A DNA stretch of 64,000 bases from Phycisphaerales bacterium. GTDB lineage: Bacteria; Planctomycetota; Phycisphaerae; Phycisphaerales; UBA1924. The stretch's first letter is position 1. Each line of letters begins with the position of its first letter. A model generated the notes under the pieces. That model had not been told where the DNA came from and searched no databases. It was given only the letters and a program-made list of their open reading frames with translations. The position numbers and the translations under genes were made by a program. The DNA is taken from positions 77,459-141,458 of the forward strand of contig JADZER010000010.1 in NCBI GenBank assembly GCA_020850415.1, written 5' to 3'. Below are positions 19,389 to 29,754 of the stretch, one piece after another.

Positions 19389-21143
19389 CTACGAGGTCCA
19401 GCGGATCACGCCGCGACGGGACCGCCCGTCGACCATCACGAGGAGGTGGTGGGGCAGCCTGAGGTGGCGCACGAGGCCGGACTCGGACTCTGCGGGCTGG
19501 CTGTCGAGCCAGGCCCAGTTGATGCCGGGCTGGTCGTAGTGCGGGACCATCAGATAACACGCCCGGAAGCTGATGAGGTTGTGGAAGAAGTGGGATCCCT
19601 GGCTCATCTCGAAGTTCATGTTCGGGAGCGTAGCCTCGACGATCACCCGGGCCCCGGCGATCTGATCCCATGTCACCGGGATGCCGCCCCAGGGATCGCT
19701 GCTCCCCCACCGGCCGAACCCGATCAGCACATAGGGCCGCTGCTGAGAGACGAGCTCCGCGTTCATCCTCGCGACCTGCTCGGCGATGACAGGGGTGTCG
19801 GTGGGCGCGAAGCCCTCCCGGCGCACATAGACGATGTCGCAGATCCCCGTCTCGGTCGTGTTCCCGATGACACGGGATGAGGCGAGCACCACATCCGACC
19901 GTGTGAGCTCCTCGAGCGTGAGCGTCGTCTCGTTGTCGGCCAGCGCCATCGGGCGGACCTGCACGAGCCGGAGCTCGGCGGCTTCTCCGGGCTCGTCCGG
20001 CAGATTCAGGGCGAACTCGATCTCCACCGCCCCGCCGAGCCGGCGCTCGCACACCCCGAGCAGGCGGGGCAGCGCCGCGGTAAACCCGAGGAGCGGGTCG
20101 CCCAAGACGGGCGCGAAGTTCACGATCCGGGGCCCGCGCCGGCGCAGGCCCGGGTCCACGCGGTCGGACTCGGCGTCGTAGGTGGACGCGACCGAGCCGA
20201 GCACGCCGTCCGCCTCCGCGTCGGCCAGGGGGCACCGCCGGAGGTACTCGGTCTCGGCGACCGGGTTGAACGGGGGCGGCGGGCCGATGTTCACGGCCCA
20301 GAAGCTGGACTGGCTGTGGTCGATCATGTCGTCGATGGACCCGAACGGCGGCGGGCTGGCGGGCCGGCGGGGCGGGAAGAACCACGAGCTACCCCCGTCG
20401 ACGATGGTCTTTCCGAGGCCCAGCGCGAGGTTCACGACGCCCTCCTCGTGGGCGATGTTCGGCGCGGGGTAGAAGTTGTAGGACGCTGCGACGCCCGAGA
20501 CCGTGGGGTAGAACCGGGCCCCGTGCGGGCGCCCCACGATCTCCTGGATCACCACCGCCATCTTCTCGTCCTCGATCGAACGCCCGGTGGTGCGGATGTA
20601 CCGCTTCGGCGCCGCGAAGAATGTCGACGCCCAGACCAGCTTGATCGCCTCGCAGAGCTTCCTGAATCGCTCGTCGGGATCGAGCTGGTTGTTGGGGGTC
20701 ATTTTGGTCTGGTAGACGCCGGCGAACGGCCTGAACAGCGCGTCCTCCAGGAGACTGGAGGAACGCACCGCCAGGGGGCTGCGCGTCCGGTCGGTGATCG
20801 CCCGCAGGCTGCCCACGAACGCCGGCGGCAGATCCGCCTTCTGGAACGCGTGGGCGATCTGGTGGTTGGGTCTGTCGGAGAGGGCCACCGGGCGGAGGTC
20901 GTTGCGTGCGATGAACGAATCGAACACATCGGTCGTCACGACCGTGAAGGGCGGGACGCCAGTGGTCAGCACCGGGGACTCTCCCGCGGGAAACTCCCGC
21001 GCGATGTCGTCGAGCACGCTGACCAGGCCGCGGGCCTTGCCGCCGATCTCGCCCTCGCCGATGCGTGTGACAAGACCGCCCCGCGCGGTCGGCGCGCGGC
21101 CGGACCCGACAGGTGAGCCCGAACTCGAGGCCCCTGTGCTCAT
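19389..21143 (-). CDS. PEP/pyruvate-binding domain protein (PPDK_N-like, no swivel domain)
   Basis: Contains EIGGKARGLVSVLDDI and RSSSLLEDALFRPFAGVYQTK. I chose the internal ATG at 21143 because the track start 21215 would overlap the gdhA stop. There is only a 15-nt gap to the downstream paralogous-domain gene. Confidence 0.75.
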   Translation of the reverse strand: MSTGASSSGSPVGSGRAPTARGGLVTRIGEGEIGGKARGLVSVLDDIAREFPAGESPVLTTGVPPFTVVTTDVFDSFIARNDLRPVALSDRPNHQIAHAFQKADLPPAFVGSLRAITDRTRSPLAVRSSSLLEDALFRPFAGVYQTKMTPNNQLDPDERFRKLCEAIKLVWASTFFAAPKRYIRTTGRSIEDEKMAVVIQEIVGRPHGARFYPTVSGVAASYNFYPAPNIAHEEGVVNLALGLGKTIVDGGSSWFFPPRRPASPPPFGSIDDMIDHSQSSFWAVNIGPPPPFNPVAETEYLRRCPLADAEADGVLGSVASTYDAESDRVDPGLRRRGPRIVNFAPVLGDPLLGFTAALPRLLGVCERRLGGAVEIEFALNLPDEPGEAAELRLVQVRPMALADNETTLTLEELTRSDVVLASSRVIGNTTETGICDIVYVRREGFAPTDTPVIAEQVARMNAELVSQQRPYVLIGFGRWGSSDPWGGIPVTWDQIAGARVIVEATLPNMNFEMSQGSHFFHNLISFRACYLMVPHYDQPGINWAWLDSQPAESESGLVRHLRLPHHLLVMVDGRSRRGVIRWTS

Positions 21144-21190
21144 GGTGGCGATGCCTCCCGCCGCCCGGCGCGGCGTACCGTCGTGTCCGA

Positions 21191-22483
<1,293 letters not shown>

Positions 22484-22725
22484 GGTTCGGGCCTCCGGGA
22501 GCCCCCGCGCCTGCGTCCCGGCGGGAGGCACGGGATTCTAGGGACGAGACCCTCCGATTTCGACCTCGCGATCAACCGCCTCCCACCCCCCTGCCAGGGT
22601 CGAGAGAGCGGCCCGATCGCGCCCTCGGGGCGATTTCCGCGCGGCGCCCGGGCCGGGTAGCGGGCCGGGCGGTCGCCGGAGGCACGCCAAGGGTGGTGCC
22701 GCGGTGGTTGGCGTCTCCGCGCCGG

Positions 22726-23535
22726 TCAGCAGCCCGCCACCCAGTCGTTCAAGAACCCGATGAAGTCACGGGTATCGATGACGCCGTCGCCGTTCCAGTC
22801 CGCCGACCCCTCGTCGGCCACCCACGCGTTCAGGAACGCGATCACATCCCTGGAATCGACGACCCCATCCCCGTTGAAGTCCGCGCGGCAGGAGGGCACG
22901 CCCTCGATCTGGAAGGACCACTCCTGGTCCCTGACCAGATTGAACTGCTCCATCTCGACCCAGGGCCCGTTGACCGTCCCGTCGCCGAGCACATCGAAGT
23001 TCCACCACGCCCGCGACGAACCGAGCGCCGTCCGCGTGGTGAACGCCGCGTTGTTGTTCTTCGGGCCGTTCAGGTCGACGGTCTGGAGCGTGCGGAAGGC
23101 CAGGAAGTAGCGGCCCGCGGGCAGGACCAGCCCCTCGGGCTCCATCGTGTTCGCCCACACCGTCCCGAAGGTGCCGTTGACCAGGCCGCTGTCCACGCGC
23201 GCGAGCGGCACGCCCGCCCCGTAGGCCAGCAGGGCCTGCGGCGGGCCCTCGTCCGGACCGGTGAAGATGTACCAGTCGCCGCCGAGAATCTCGGGCTGGC
23301 CGACCTCGCACCCGTAGAAGGTGATGGCCGTGATCCGCGTCGCGGCGTCGAGGGTGAAATCGTCGGCGGCAATCCTGTAGGACTGGTCGGGGGTCTCGCC
23401 GCGGATGGCGCTCCAGGCGTCCGCGGTTGCGGTCAGATCGCCGGGGTAGTTGGAGATGTTCAGCCACACGATGTCGGCGCCGAGGGCGGAGGCCGCGGCG
23501 CAAGCCAGGGCGGCGGTTGTGAGTCTCAGTCGCAT
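22726..23535 (-). CDS. Secreted protein with C-terminal GC-type dockerin-like module
   Basis: ATG at 23535 is preceded by AAAGGAGAGG. Signal peptide MRLRLTTAALACAAASALGA. Ends CRADFNGDGVVDSRDVIAFLNAWVADEGSADWNGDGVIDTRDFIGFLNDWVAGC. Confidence 0.75.
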   Translation of the reverse strand: MRLRLTTAALACAAASALGADIVWLNISNYPGDLTATADAWSAIRGETPDQSYRIAADDFTLDAATRITAITFYGCEVGQPEILGGDWYIFTGPDEGPPQALLAYGAGVPLARVDSGLVNGTFGTVWANTMEPEGLVLPAGRYFLAFRTLQTVDLNGPKNNNAAFTTRTALGSSRAWWNFDVLGDGTVNGPWVEMEQFNLVRDQEWSFQIEGVPSCRADFNGDGVVDSRDVIAFLNAWVADEGSADWNGDGVIDTRDFIGFLNDWVAGC

Positions 23536-23661
23536 GATCCTCTCCTTTGGGCGGGGGGTGCGTGATCGAGATGGCCCGCCGGGACCAGCATACACCCATC
23601 CCGCCGGATTCCAGCGCCTCGTCGTCCCCGAGCGCGACGATACTGCCCCGGGCCCCGGGCC

Positions 23662-24693
23662 TCATTGGCAGTCAGCCCAAAGACCCAGAAAGAAGATGAT
23701 GTCGCGGCTGTCCACCAGGCCGTTGCGGTCGAAATCGGCGTAGGGGTCCTTGACTACCCAGAGGTTCAGGTAGCACAGAAAGTCGGTGATGTCGATGTGG
23801 TAGTCCCTGTTGCAGTCGATGTAGAAGCATGGCGGGCCGGAGACATGCCCCCAGAAACGCGCCATGGCGCCGAGGGGGTCGAGGCAGGCGCCGAGCGCGT
23901 AGTCGCGGCACTCCTCCTGATCGTGGAAGCCGTCGGGCGGAGAGTCGTCGTCGAACTGGAGCGGGCCCTGCGTGCCGGGGGCGTCGGGGTCGCCGCGGGC
24001 GTCGCCGGTGGCCCAGAGCATGGGTTGGGCGCAGCTGGCGAGGACCCAGCACCCTGAGGTCGAGACGGCCTGGAGGAAGTACAGGAGGTACGAGCCTCGG
24101 CCTTGGACAGGGATGTTCCACTCGCCCGCGTCGGTGATGTCGACGGTGCTGTGGTAGTAGCCGCCGGGACAGGCGGGGAGCGTGCCGAAGTCGATGAGCC
24201 AGCCGGTGTAGTCGAGGCTGTCGGGCTCGCAGGGGTTGGACTCCTGGGTGAAGACGCCGATGATGCACCGCTCGGAGGTGCCGGAGCCGCCGCAGGTCCA
24301 GTACCACGCGAGGTCGGCGCGCCAGATGCCGTCGGCGATGAAGGTGTTGGGGTCCACGGTCATGTCGTTGGTGACGAACATGTTGCAGAAGCCGGAGCCG
24401 AAGTACCACCGTGCGGCGCCGAGGGCGCACCAGCTGGCGTCGTCGGGCACGCCGTCGAGGTCGTCGTCGCCGTAGCAGTCGAATACGGGGTCTCCTTCGC
24501 CCGCTCCGCTGGGGTAGCCGATCCAGTCGCCGGTCATGTGGCCGCCGTGGCCGGTGCAGATCGCGGGAGCGATCTGGAGGGGCGTCACCTCTGTGGCGTG
24601 TTGGAGCAGTTGGGGCGTGCGCTGGGCAGAGGCCGGAGCGCTGAGAAACACCGAGGCCGAGAGACCTGCCAACCGCCATAGTCGATTGGTCAT
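23662..24693 (-). CDS. Secreted Cys-rich protein with divergent dockerin-like C-terminus (paralog A)
   Basis: SD GGAGAAGG lies before ATG 24693. Signal peptide ..SVFLSAPASAQ. About 16 Cys residues. DDDLDGVPDD is a Ca-binding-like motif. The C-terminus is ..CNRDYHIDITDFLCYLNLWVVKDPYADFDRNGLVDSRDIIFFLGLWADCQ. Confidence 0.75.
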   Translation of the reverse strand: MTNRLWRLAGLSASVFLSAPASAQRTPQLLQHATEVTPLQIAPAICTGHGGHMTGDWIGYPSGAGEGDPVFDCYGDDDLDGVPDDASWCALGAARWYFGSGFCNMFVTNDMTVDPNTFIADGIWRADLAWYWTCGGSGTSERCIIGVFTQESNPCEPDSLDYTGWLIDFGTLPACPGGYYHSTVDITDAGEWNIPVQGRGSYLLYFLQAVSTSGCWVLASCAQPMLWATGDARGDPDAPGTQGPLQFDDDSPPDGFHDQEECRDYALGACLDPLGAMARFWGHVSGPPCFYIDCNRDYHIDITDFLCYLNLWVVKDPYADFDRNGLVDSRDIIFFLGLWADCQ

Positions 24694-24768
24694 GGAGCCT
24701 TCTCCGTGCCCGCGGGGGTGAGGGCGTGCGGGCGAGGCGGCGCGGGCGCCGGGGCCCGGGCACGCGGG

Positions 24769-25782
24769 CTAGCGGCATTCGGCCCAGACATCGAGGAACC
24801 AGATGAAGTCGCGCACATTCACGATGTCGTCGTTGTTGAGGTCGGCGTCGGGGTCGCTGACCGCCCACAGGTTCAGGTAGCACAAGAAGTCCGTCGTGTC
24901 GATGGAGTTGTCCCAGTTGCAGTTCACGATGTGACAAGGGGCACAGCACAGGGTTCCCCAGAACCGCAGCATGGCGCCCAGCGGGTCGGGGCACACCCCG
25001 AGGGCGTAGTCGCGGCACTCGTATTCGTCGTGGAAGCCGTCGCTGAAGTAGACCTCGTCGAACTGGTTGGGGCCCTGGGTGCCGGGGGCGACGAAGTCGC
25101 CGGTGGCGTCGCCGGTCCCCCAGAGCATGGGCTGGGCGCAGCTCGCGAACTCCTCACCGTCATTGGTGAGGAAGGCGATCACATACGAGCCGGAGGCCTC
25201 CCAGCGGATCGGCCACGAGCCCGTGCCGCTGAGGTCGAGGCTGGCGTGGTAGTAGCCCGCGGGGCAGCCTGCGAGCGTGCCGAAGTCGATGAGCCAGCCG
25301 GCGTAGTCGAGGCTGTCGGGCTCGCAGGGCATGGAGTCCTGGGTGAAGACGCCGATGACGCACTGCTCGGTCGTCGAGGGTCCCCAGGCTGTCCAGTACC
25401 ACGCGAGGTCGAGGCGGTAGAGGCCGTCGTCGGACATCGTGCCGAACGGCAGGGTCATGTCGTTCGTGACGAACAGGTTGCAGAACCCCGAGCCGAGGTA
25501 CCAGCGGGCGGCGCCGAGCCCGCACCAGTCCGCGCCGTCGGGGACGCCGTCGCGGTCCCAGTCGCCGTAGCAGTCGAAGACGGGGTCTCCCCAGCCGTGC
25601 CCGGGCTGGTACTCGAGCCAGTCTCCGACGCGCTGGGCCCGGTGCCCGGCGTAGACCGCCGGGGCGATGCGCGTGGGCGTTACCCCGATCGCGTGTTCCA
25701 CGAGGCGCGGCGTGTCCTGTCCGAACGCGGCGCACGCCGCAACGCAACCCCCTATCGCGCCCCAAACCGATCGCTTCGCCAT
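24769..25782 (-). CDS. Secreted Cys-rich protein with divergent dockerin-like C-terminus (paralog B)
   Basis: Collinear with paralog A (shared DCYGD.D.DGVPD...WC.LGAARWY.GSGFCN.FVTNDMT, CAQPMLW, ECRDYALG.C.DPLGAM.RFWG). ATG at 25782 has better SD spacing (GGAAGGGG) than the track GTG at 25791. Confidence 0.75.
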   Translation of the reverse strand: MAKRSVWGAIGGCVAACAAFGQDTPRLVEHAIGVTPTRIAPAVYAGHRAQRVGDWLEYQPGHGWGDPVFDCYGDWDRDGVPDGADWCGLGAARWYLGSGFCNLFVTNDMTLPFGTMSDDGLYRLDLAWYWTAWGPSTTEQCVIGVFTQDSMPCEPDSLDYAGWLIDFGTLAGCPAGYYHASLDLSGTGSWPIRWEASGSYVIAFLTNDGEEFASCAQPMLWGTGDATGDFVAPGTQGPNQFDEVYFSDGFHDEYECRDYALGVCPDPLGAMLRFWGTLCCAPCHIVNCNWDNSIDTTDFLCYLNLWAVSDPDADLNNDDIVNVRDFIWFLDVWAECR

Positions 25783-26484
25783 GTGATCCACCCCTTCCGC
25801 AAGGTCGGGCCGCGCGGCGTGGGGCCCAATACTGCGCGGATACCCGCACAGGAACTCAATGGCGCCCCGCGATCACGGACGGAGCGCCGTCAACACCACG
25901 CGTTTGGCTTCCGACAGGCCATCGATCCTCGGACCGCGAGATCGGCAGCGGGGAACCCGCGCGACTGCGGCCCATTCAGTCTGTACGCCCGCGGCGAGGC
26001 GGGGTTTCACCGGTTCCGGCGGGCCGCCGCGGCGCACCTGTGCCGCGGGCTGTCCGCCGACAAGGACGGCCCGGGCGTCCCGGGCGAGTTGCGGCCGGGG
26101 ACGGCGGCCGGCCCGGTCAGCCTCAGTGAGCGCCGGTGGCTCGCGGCGGTGCTGCGAACGCTCGCGGGGCAGTTCCTCGGCTGGGTTGCCCGACACGGCG
26201 ACTTCGTGGTCAACACCCGTGTGCCGAGGGTGCGGGCGCTCCACGCCTGGGCCGGGAGTCACCCCTCAGGGCCGTCGCGCTCATGAGCAATCGACGGGCT
26301 GACGCCACAAACGGCGATCGCACCCCCAACAGTGGGATCACGGTGCAGGAGGAAAGCCCCGAGCGAAACGGCCGCGGCACCCACGATGCGGTGCGTCGAG
26401 CCGCGGCGATATCATACAGGCAAGACGGGTTCGCCTGGGTGTTTCCTCGTCGGAGCTCGCGGGTGGGCGAGGGAGCGGGTCATC

Positions 26485-27768
26485 ATGGCGGGCAGCTGGC
26501 GCCGTCTCGACAATGCCGCGAGGGTCTTCGCCGCGCTCTCATCCCGGCGCACCACGACGGTCTTCCGCGTCGCGGTCACGCTGCGTAGCGCGGTCGATGC
26601 CGCGGTGCTTCAGCGGGCCCTCGACGCGGTGATGTCTCGATTCCCCTGCTTCCGCGTGCGCCTCCGGACGGGGGCCTTCTGGCACTACCTTGAGGAGATC
26701 GGCGGGGCGCCCGAGGTGCGCACGGAGCTCCGTGCCCCCTGCCGACGCATGACCCGGGAGGAGGACGGGCCGTGGCAGCTCCGCGTGCTCGTGTACGACC
26801 GGCGCATCTCGGTCGAGTTCTCCCACGCGATTACCGACGGCGCGGGGGCGATGGCGTTCCTCACCTCGCTTCTGGCCGAGTACCTCGCCGAGCGCGGCGT
26901 CACGGCCCCGCCGACCGCCGCGCTCATCCGCCCGACCGACCCGGTGCACCCCGAGGAAGCCGAGGACGCCTACCGCCGGTTCTACGATCCCGGCATCCCG
27001 CCCCCGCCGCTCGCGCCCCGCGCGTTCCGGCTGCCCAGCGCCCCCCTGCCCGACGACGAGCTCCGCGTGATGACAGGGGTCGTCCCGCTCGCACCCTTGC
27101 GGGAACTCAGCCGCGCGCACCAGGTCACGCTGACCGAGCTGCTCGCGTCCGTCCTGCTCGCGGCCCTGACCGATATCGCGCCGAACGCGCGGCGGCCGTT
27201 CGCGGTGATGATCCCGGTGAACCTGCGGACGCTGTACCGATCGCGGACCCTGCGGAACTTCTTCCTCTCGGTGACCGCGAGCATCGACCCCCGCCTGGGC
27301 TCCTACACCTTCGAGGAGATACTCCACGAGGTGCACCACAGTGTCCAGGGGCAGATCACCGCGAAGAGCATCAGCCGGCAGATACGCCGGAATGTCGGCG
27401 CCGAGAGGAACCCCATTATCAGGCACATCCCGCTGGTGCTGAAAGTCCCGGCCAAGCGCCGGCTGTACGCCTGGCGCTGGGGAGCAAGGTACACCACCGC
27501 GCTCTCCAATCTGGGGGCGGTCAGGATCCCCCCGGAGCTGGCGGCGCATGTCGAGCGCTTCGAGGCGATCCCCAACCCGAGCGCCGCCCACGGGGTCGGC
27601 TGCGCGGCGGTCGGCTTCGGCGACTCTCTGCTCATCATCTTCGCCAGCATCGTCGGCGGCGTGGAACTCCAGCGGGCGTTCTTCACGCGGCTGCGTCGGA
27701 TGGGCATCACCCCACGGATCGAGACCAACGAGGAGTCGGCATGGCGTACTGCTCACGGTGTGGCGTAG
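26485..27768 (+). CDS. Condensation/WS-DGAT-like acyltransferase (HxxxDG active-site motif)
   Basis: ATG at 26485 follows GGGAGCGGG. The SVEFSHAITDGAGAMAF motif (HxxxDG) is typical of the condensation/alcohol-acyltransferase superfamily. The protein is about 427 aa and soluble. Confidence 0.65.
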   Translation: MAGSWRRLDNAARVFAALSSRRTTTVFRVAVTLRSAVDAAVLQRALDAVMSRFPCFRVRLRTGAFWHYLEEIGGAPEVRTELRAPCRRMTREEDGPWQLRVLVYDRRISVEFSHAITDGAGAMAFLTSLLAEYLAERGVTAPPTAALIRPTDPVHPEEAEDAYRRFYDPGIPPPPLAPRAFRLPSAPLPDDELRVMTGVVPLAPLRELSRAHQVTLTELLASVLLAALTDIAPNARRPFAVMIPVNLRTLYRSRTLRNFFLSVTASIDPRLGSYTFEEILHEVHHSVQGQITAKSISRQIRRNVGAERNPIIRHIPLVLKVPAKRRLYAWRWGARYTTALSNLGAVRIPPELAAHVERFEAIPNPSAAHGVGCAAVGFGDSLLIIFASIVGGVELQRAFFTRLRRMGITPRIETNEESAWRTAHGVA

Positions 27769-28433
27769 AGGTCGAGGCGGGGGTGGGGGCGTGCCCGCTC
27801 TGCGGAGCGCCGATCCAGCGCCTCGACGAGGCCGAGCCCGAGACGCCCCGCTATCCCGCGGTCGTGCGGCCGGCCGGGCGCCAGGCCCGGCTCCTGACCT
27901 GGATGGTGTCCACGGTCGCGCTGCTCTCGGCCGCGCTCACCTTTGTCGGCCTCGATGTGGTGCTCAACCATCGCTTCTCGTGGTCGCTCTACCCCGTCAC
28001 GGGCGCGGGCGTGCTCTGGATCTTCCTCACGCTGGTGGTGCTCCTCGCGCGGCGTCCCATCTTCGTCATCGTCGGCCAGGCGATCGCCACCGCCGGGTTC
28101 CTCGTGCTGATCGATCTCTTCGATGGGCGGCTCGGGTGGTTCATGCCGCTCGGCCTGCCGATCGTGGCTGTCGTGACCGGGTCGACCCTGCTGGTCTGGC
28201 TGGCGGCACGCCTCAGCCGGAAATCGCCCGCGATGATCACGGCGGCGGTGTTGCTCGGCTGTGGGGCGGGGTCCGTGCTGATCGATCTGCTCAGCTCGGC
28301 CCACCTCCGCTCGCCAAGCGTGAGCTGGTCGCTGATCGTGCTCGGTGCGGTCGCCCCGCCGGTCGCCTTCCTGCTGTACTTCCACTGCCGCCTGCGGGCA
28401 CGCATCGACCTCGCCCGACTCCTCCACGCCTAG
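27741..28433 (+). CDS. Zinc-ribbon polytopic membrane protein
   Basis: The N-terminus MAYCSRCGVEVEAGVGACPLCGAP has CxxC..CxxC. It is followed by about 6 predicted TM helices. The ATG at 27741 overlaps the upstream gene by 28 nt. Confidence 0.65.
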   Translation: MAYCSRCGVEVEAGVGACPLCGAPIQRLDEAEPETPRYPAVVRPAGRQARLLTWMVSTVALLSAALTFVGLDVVLNHRFSWSLYPVTGAGVLWIFLTLVVLLARRPIFVIVGQAIATAGFLVLIDLFDGRLGWFMPLGLPIVAVVTGSTLLVWLAARLSRKSPAMITAAVLLGCGAGSVLIDLLSSAHLRSPSVSWSLIVLGAVAPPVAFLLYFHCRLRARIDLARLLHA

Positions 28434-28775
28434 CAGGATGTTCGCCCCGTGGTGCGCCCGCGGCCACCGCCAGACTCGCCCGGGTCGCACGGCGCGGACT
28501 GCTCCCCATCGGGTGGGCTATCCATCGGTGGAGGCGTTGAACCTGTGCGCCTGATTGGCGTGCCGGTTCACGAACCGACGGCGAACAGCCGGCCGTGTGC
28601 TGGAGCACGGCTGCGCCGCGGTCCCTCACCGGGCTCCGGTCCGCTAGACTCCTGCGTGAGTCCGCGCAGAGCGCCGAGACCCCGGTCCGGGGCCCCTGGG
28701 ACGCTCCTCGCGGCGACGATGTGCATGCCGCGGGGCCGCGGCGTCGGCCACGCGGGATCTACGGAGGAGTCATCC

Positions 28776-29690
28776 ATGAAGAAGTACGCGTCACTCTCGA
28801 TCGCGGCGGTCACGGCGATGCTCGCGGTGATGCCCGCGACCGCGCAGCTCTATGTCGGCATCGAGACCGGCTCTGCCCAGCCCATGCGGGTGTCGGACCT
28901 GAGCGGGTTCCCCGCCGTCACCTGGACGAACTTCCACGCCATGGAGGTCAGCGGGGCCGCGGCCACGCCCGAAGGCACGATCTATGTCTGCAACGGGGCG
29001 TTCTCCACCGACCTGTACCAGATCCCCGCGGGCGGGAACCCCGCGTACCTCTGCCGCATCGACAAGGACATGTCCGCCCTGGCGTTCGGGCGCGGGCGCC
29101 TCTACGGCTACTCCAACTACGCGGACCCGAAGGGGATCTACGAGATCAACCCCGCGACCGGCGTGACCACGCTGGCGGTGGATGTCTACACCGGGACCGG
29201 CTTCCGCTTCTTCGCGCTGGACTACAACCCGGCCGACGATCTGCTGTACGGGTACACGGAGTACGGCGACAGCGGCCTTTACTCCATCGACCTCGACACC
29301 GGGGAGATGCTCAAGATCTGCGACCCGTTCCCGGCGTCGAACACGCAGGGGCGCGGCCTGGCGGTCGGCAACCACACGGTGTATGTCACGGCGACGCGCG
29401 GCGACGACGGTATCCCCTTCTTCGCCTACGACCTCGCGCAGGGACCCAACGGCAGCTGGGTCGGCTTCGACAACGCCTTCCCGGCGTCCCACTCCACGGG
29501 TGGCGCGGCCTGGGTCGGCGCCCCTTGCCCCCCGGACATGAACGGCGACGGCGCCGTCGATACCCAGGACTTCCTCGCGTTCCTCAACGCCTGGGCGGGC
29601 GGCGACCCGGTCGCCGACTGGAACAGCGACGGCACGATCAACACCCAGGACTTCCTCGCGTATCTCAACGAGTGGGCCGCGGGCTGCTAA
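28776..29690 (+). CDS. Secreted protein with C-terminal GC-type dockerin-like module
   Basis: GGAGGAG lies before ATG 28776. Signal peptide MKKYASLSIAAVTAMLAVMPATAQ. Ends CPPDMNGDGAVDTQDFLAFLNAWAGGDPVADWNSDGTINTQDFLAYLNEWAAGC. Confidence 0.78.
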   Translation: MKKYASLSIAAVTAMLAVMPATAQLYVGIETGSAQPMRVSDLSGFPAVTWTNFHAMEVSGAAATPEGTIYVCNGAFSTDLYQIPAGGNPAYLCRIDKDMSALAFGRGRLYGYSNYADPKGIYEINPATGVTTLAVDVYTGTGFRFFALDYNPADDLLYGYTEYGDSGLYSIDLDTGEMLKICDPFPASNTQGRGLAVGNHTVYVTATRGDDGIPFFAYDLAQGPNGSWVGFDNAFPASHSTGGAAWVGAPCPPDMNGDGAVDTQDFLAFLNAWAGGDPVADWNSDGTINTQDFLAYLNEWAAGC

Positions 29691-29754
29691 GCGGGCAGAC
29701 CACCGGTCAGGCCCGGCCGGGTGTGATGGGGTCGACCCCGTCGGGGTCGCGACG

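Noticed and set aside
25783-26484. A possible missed gene in the 700-nt spacer (for example track ORFs 25859..26302(+) and 25873..26262(-))
   Set aside because: The translations are Arg/Pro-rich with no motifs, signal peptides or SD-linked starts. One stretch (..LSERRWLAAVLRTLAGQFLGWVARHGDFVVNT..) looks vaguely protein-like, but it has no start context and no recognisable family.
29733-29749. A bidirectional terminator hairpin (CGACCCC-GTC-GGGGTCG) between convergent genes
   Set aside because: The 7-bp stem with a 3-nt loop is real. There is no U-tract on either strand, and such GC hairpins occur by chance at this GC content, so it is not reported as a feature.
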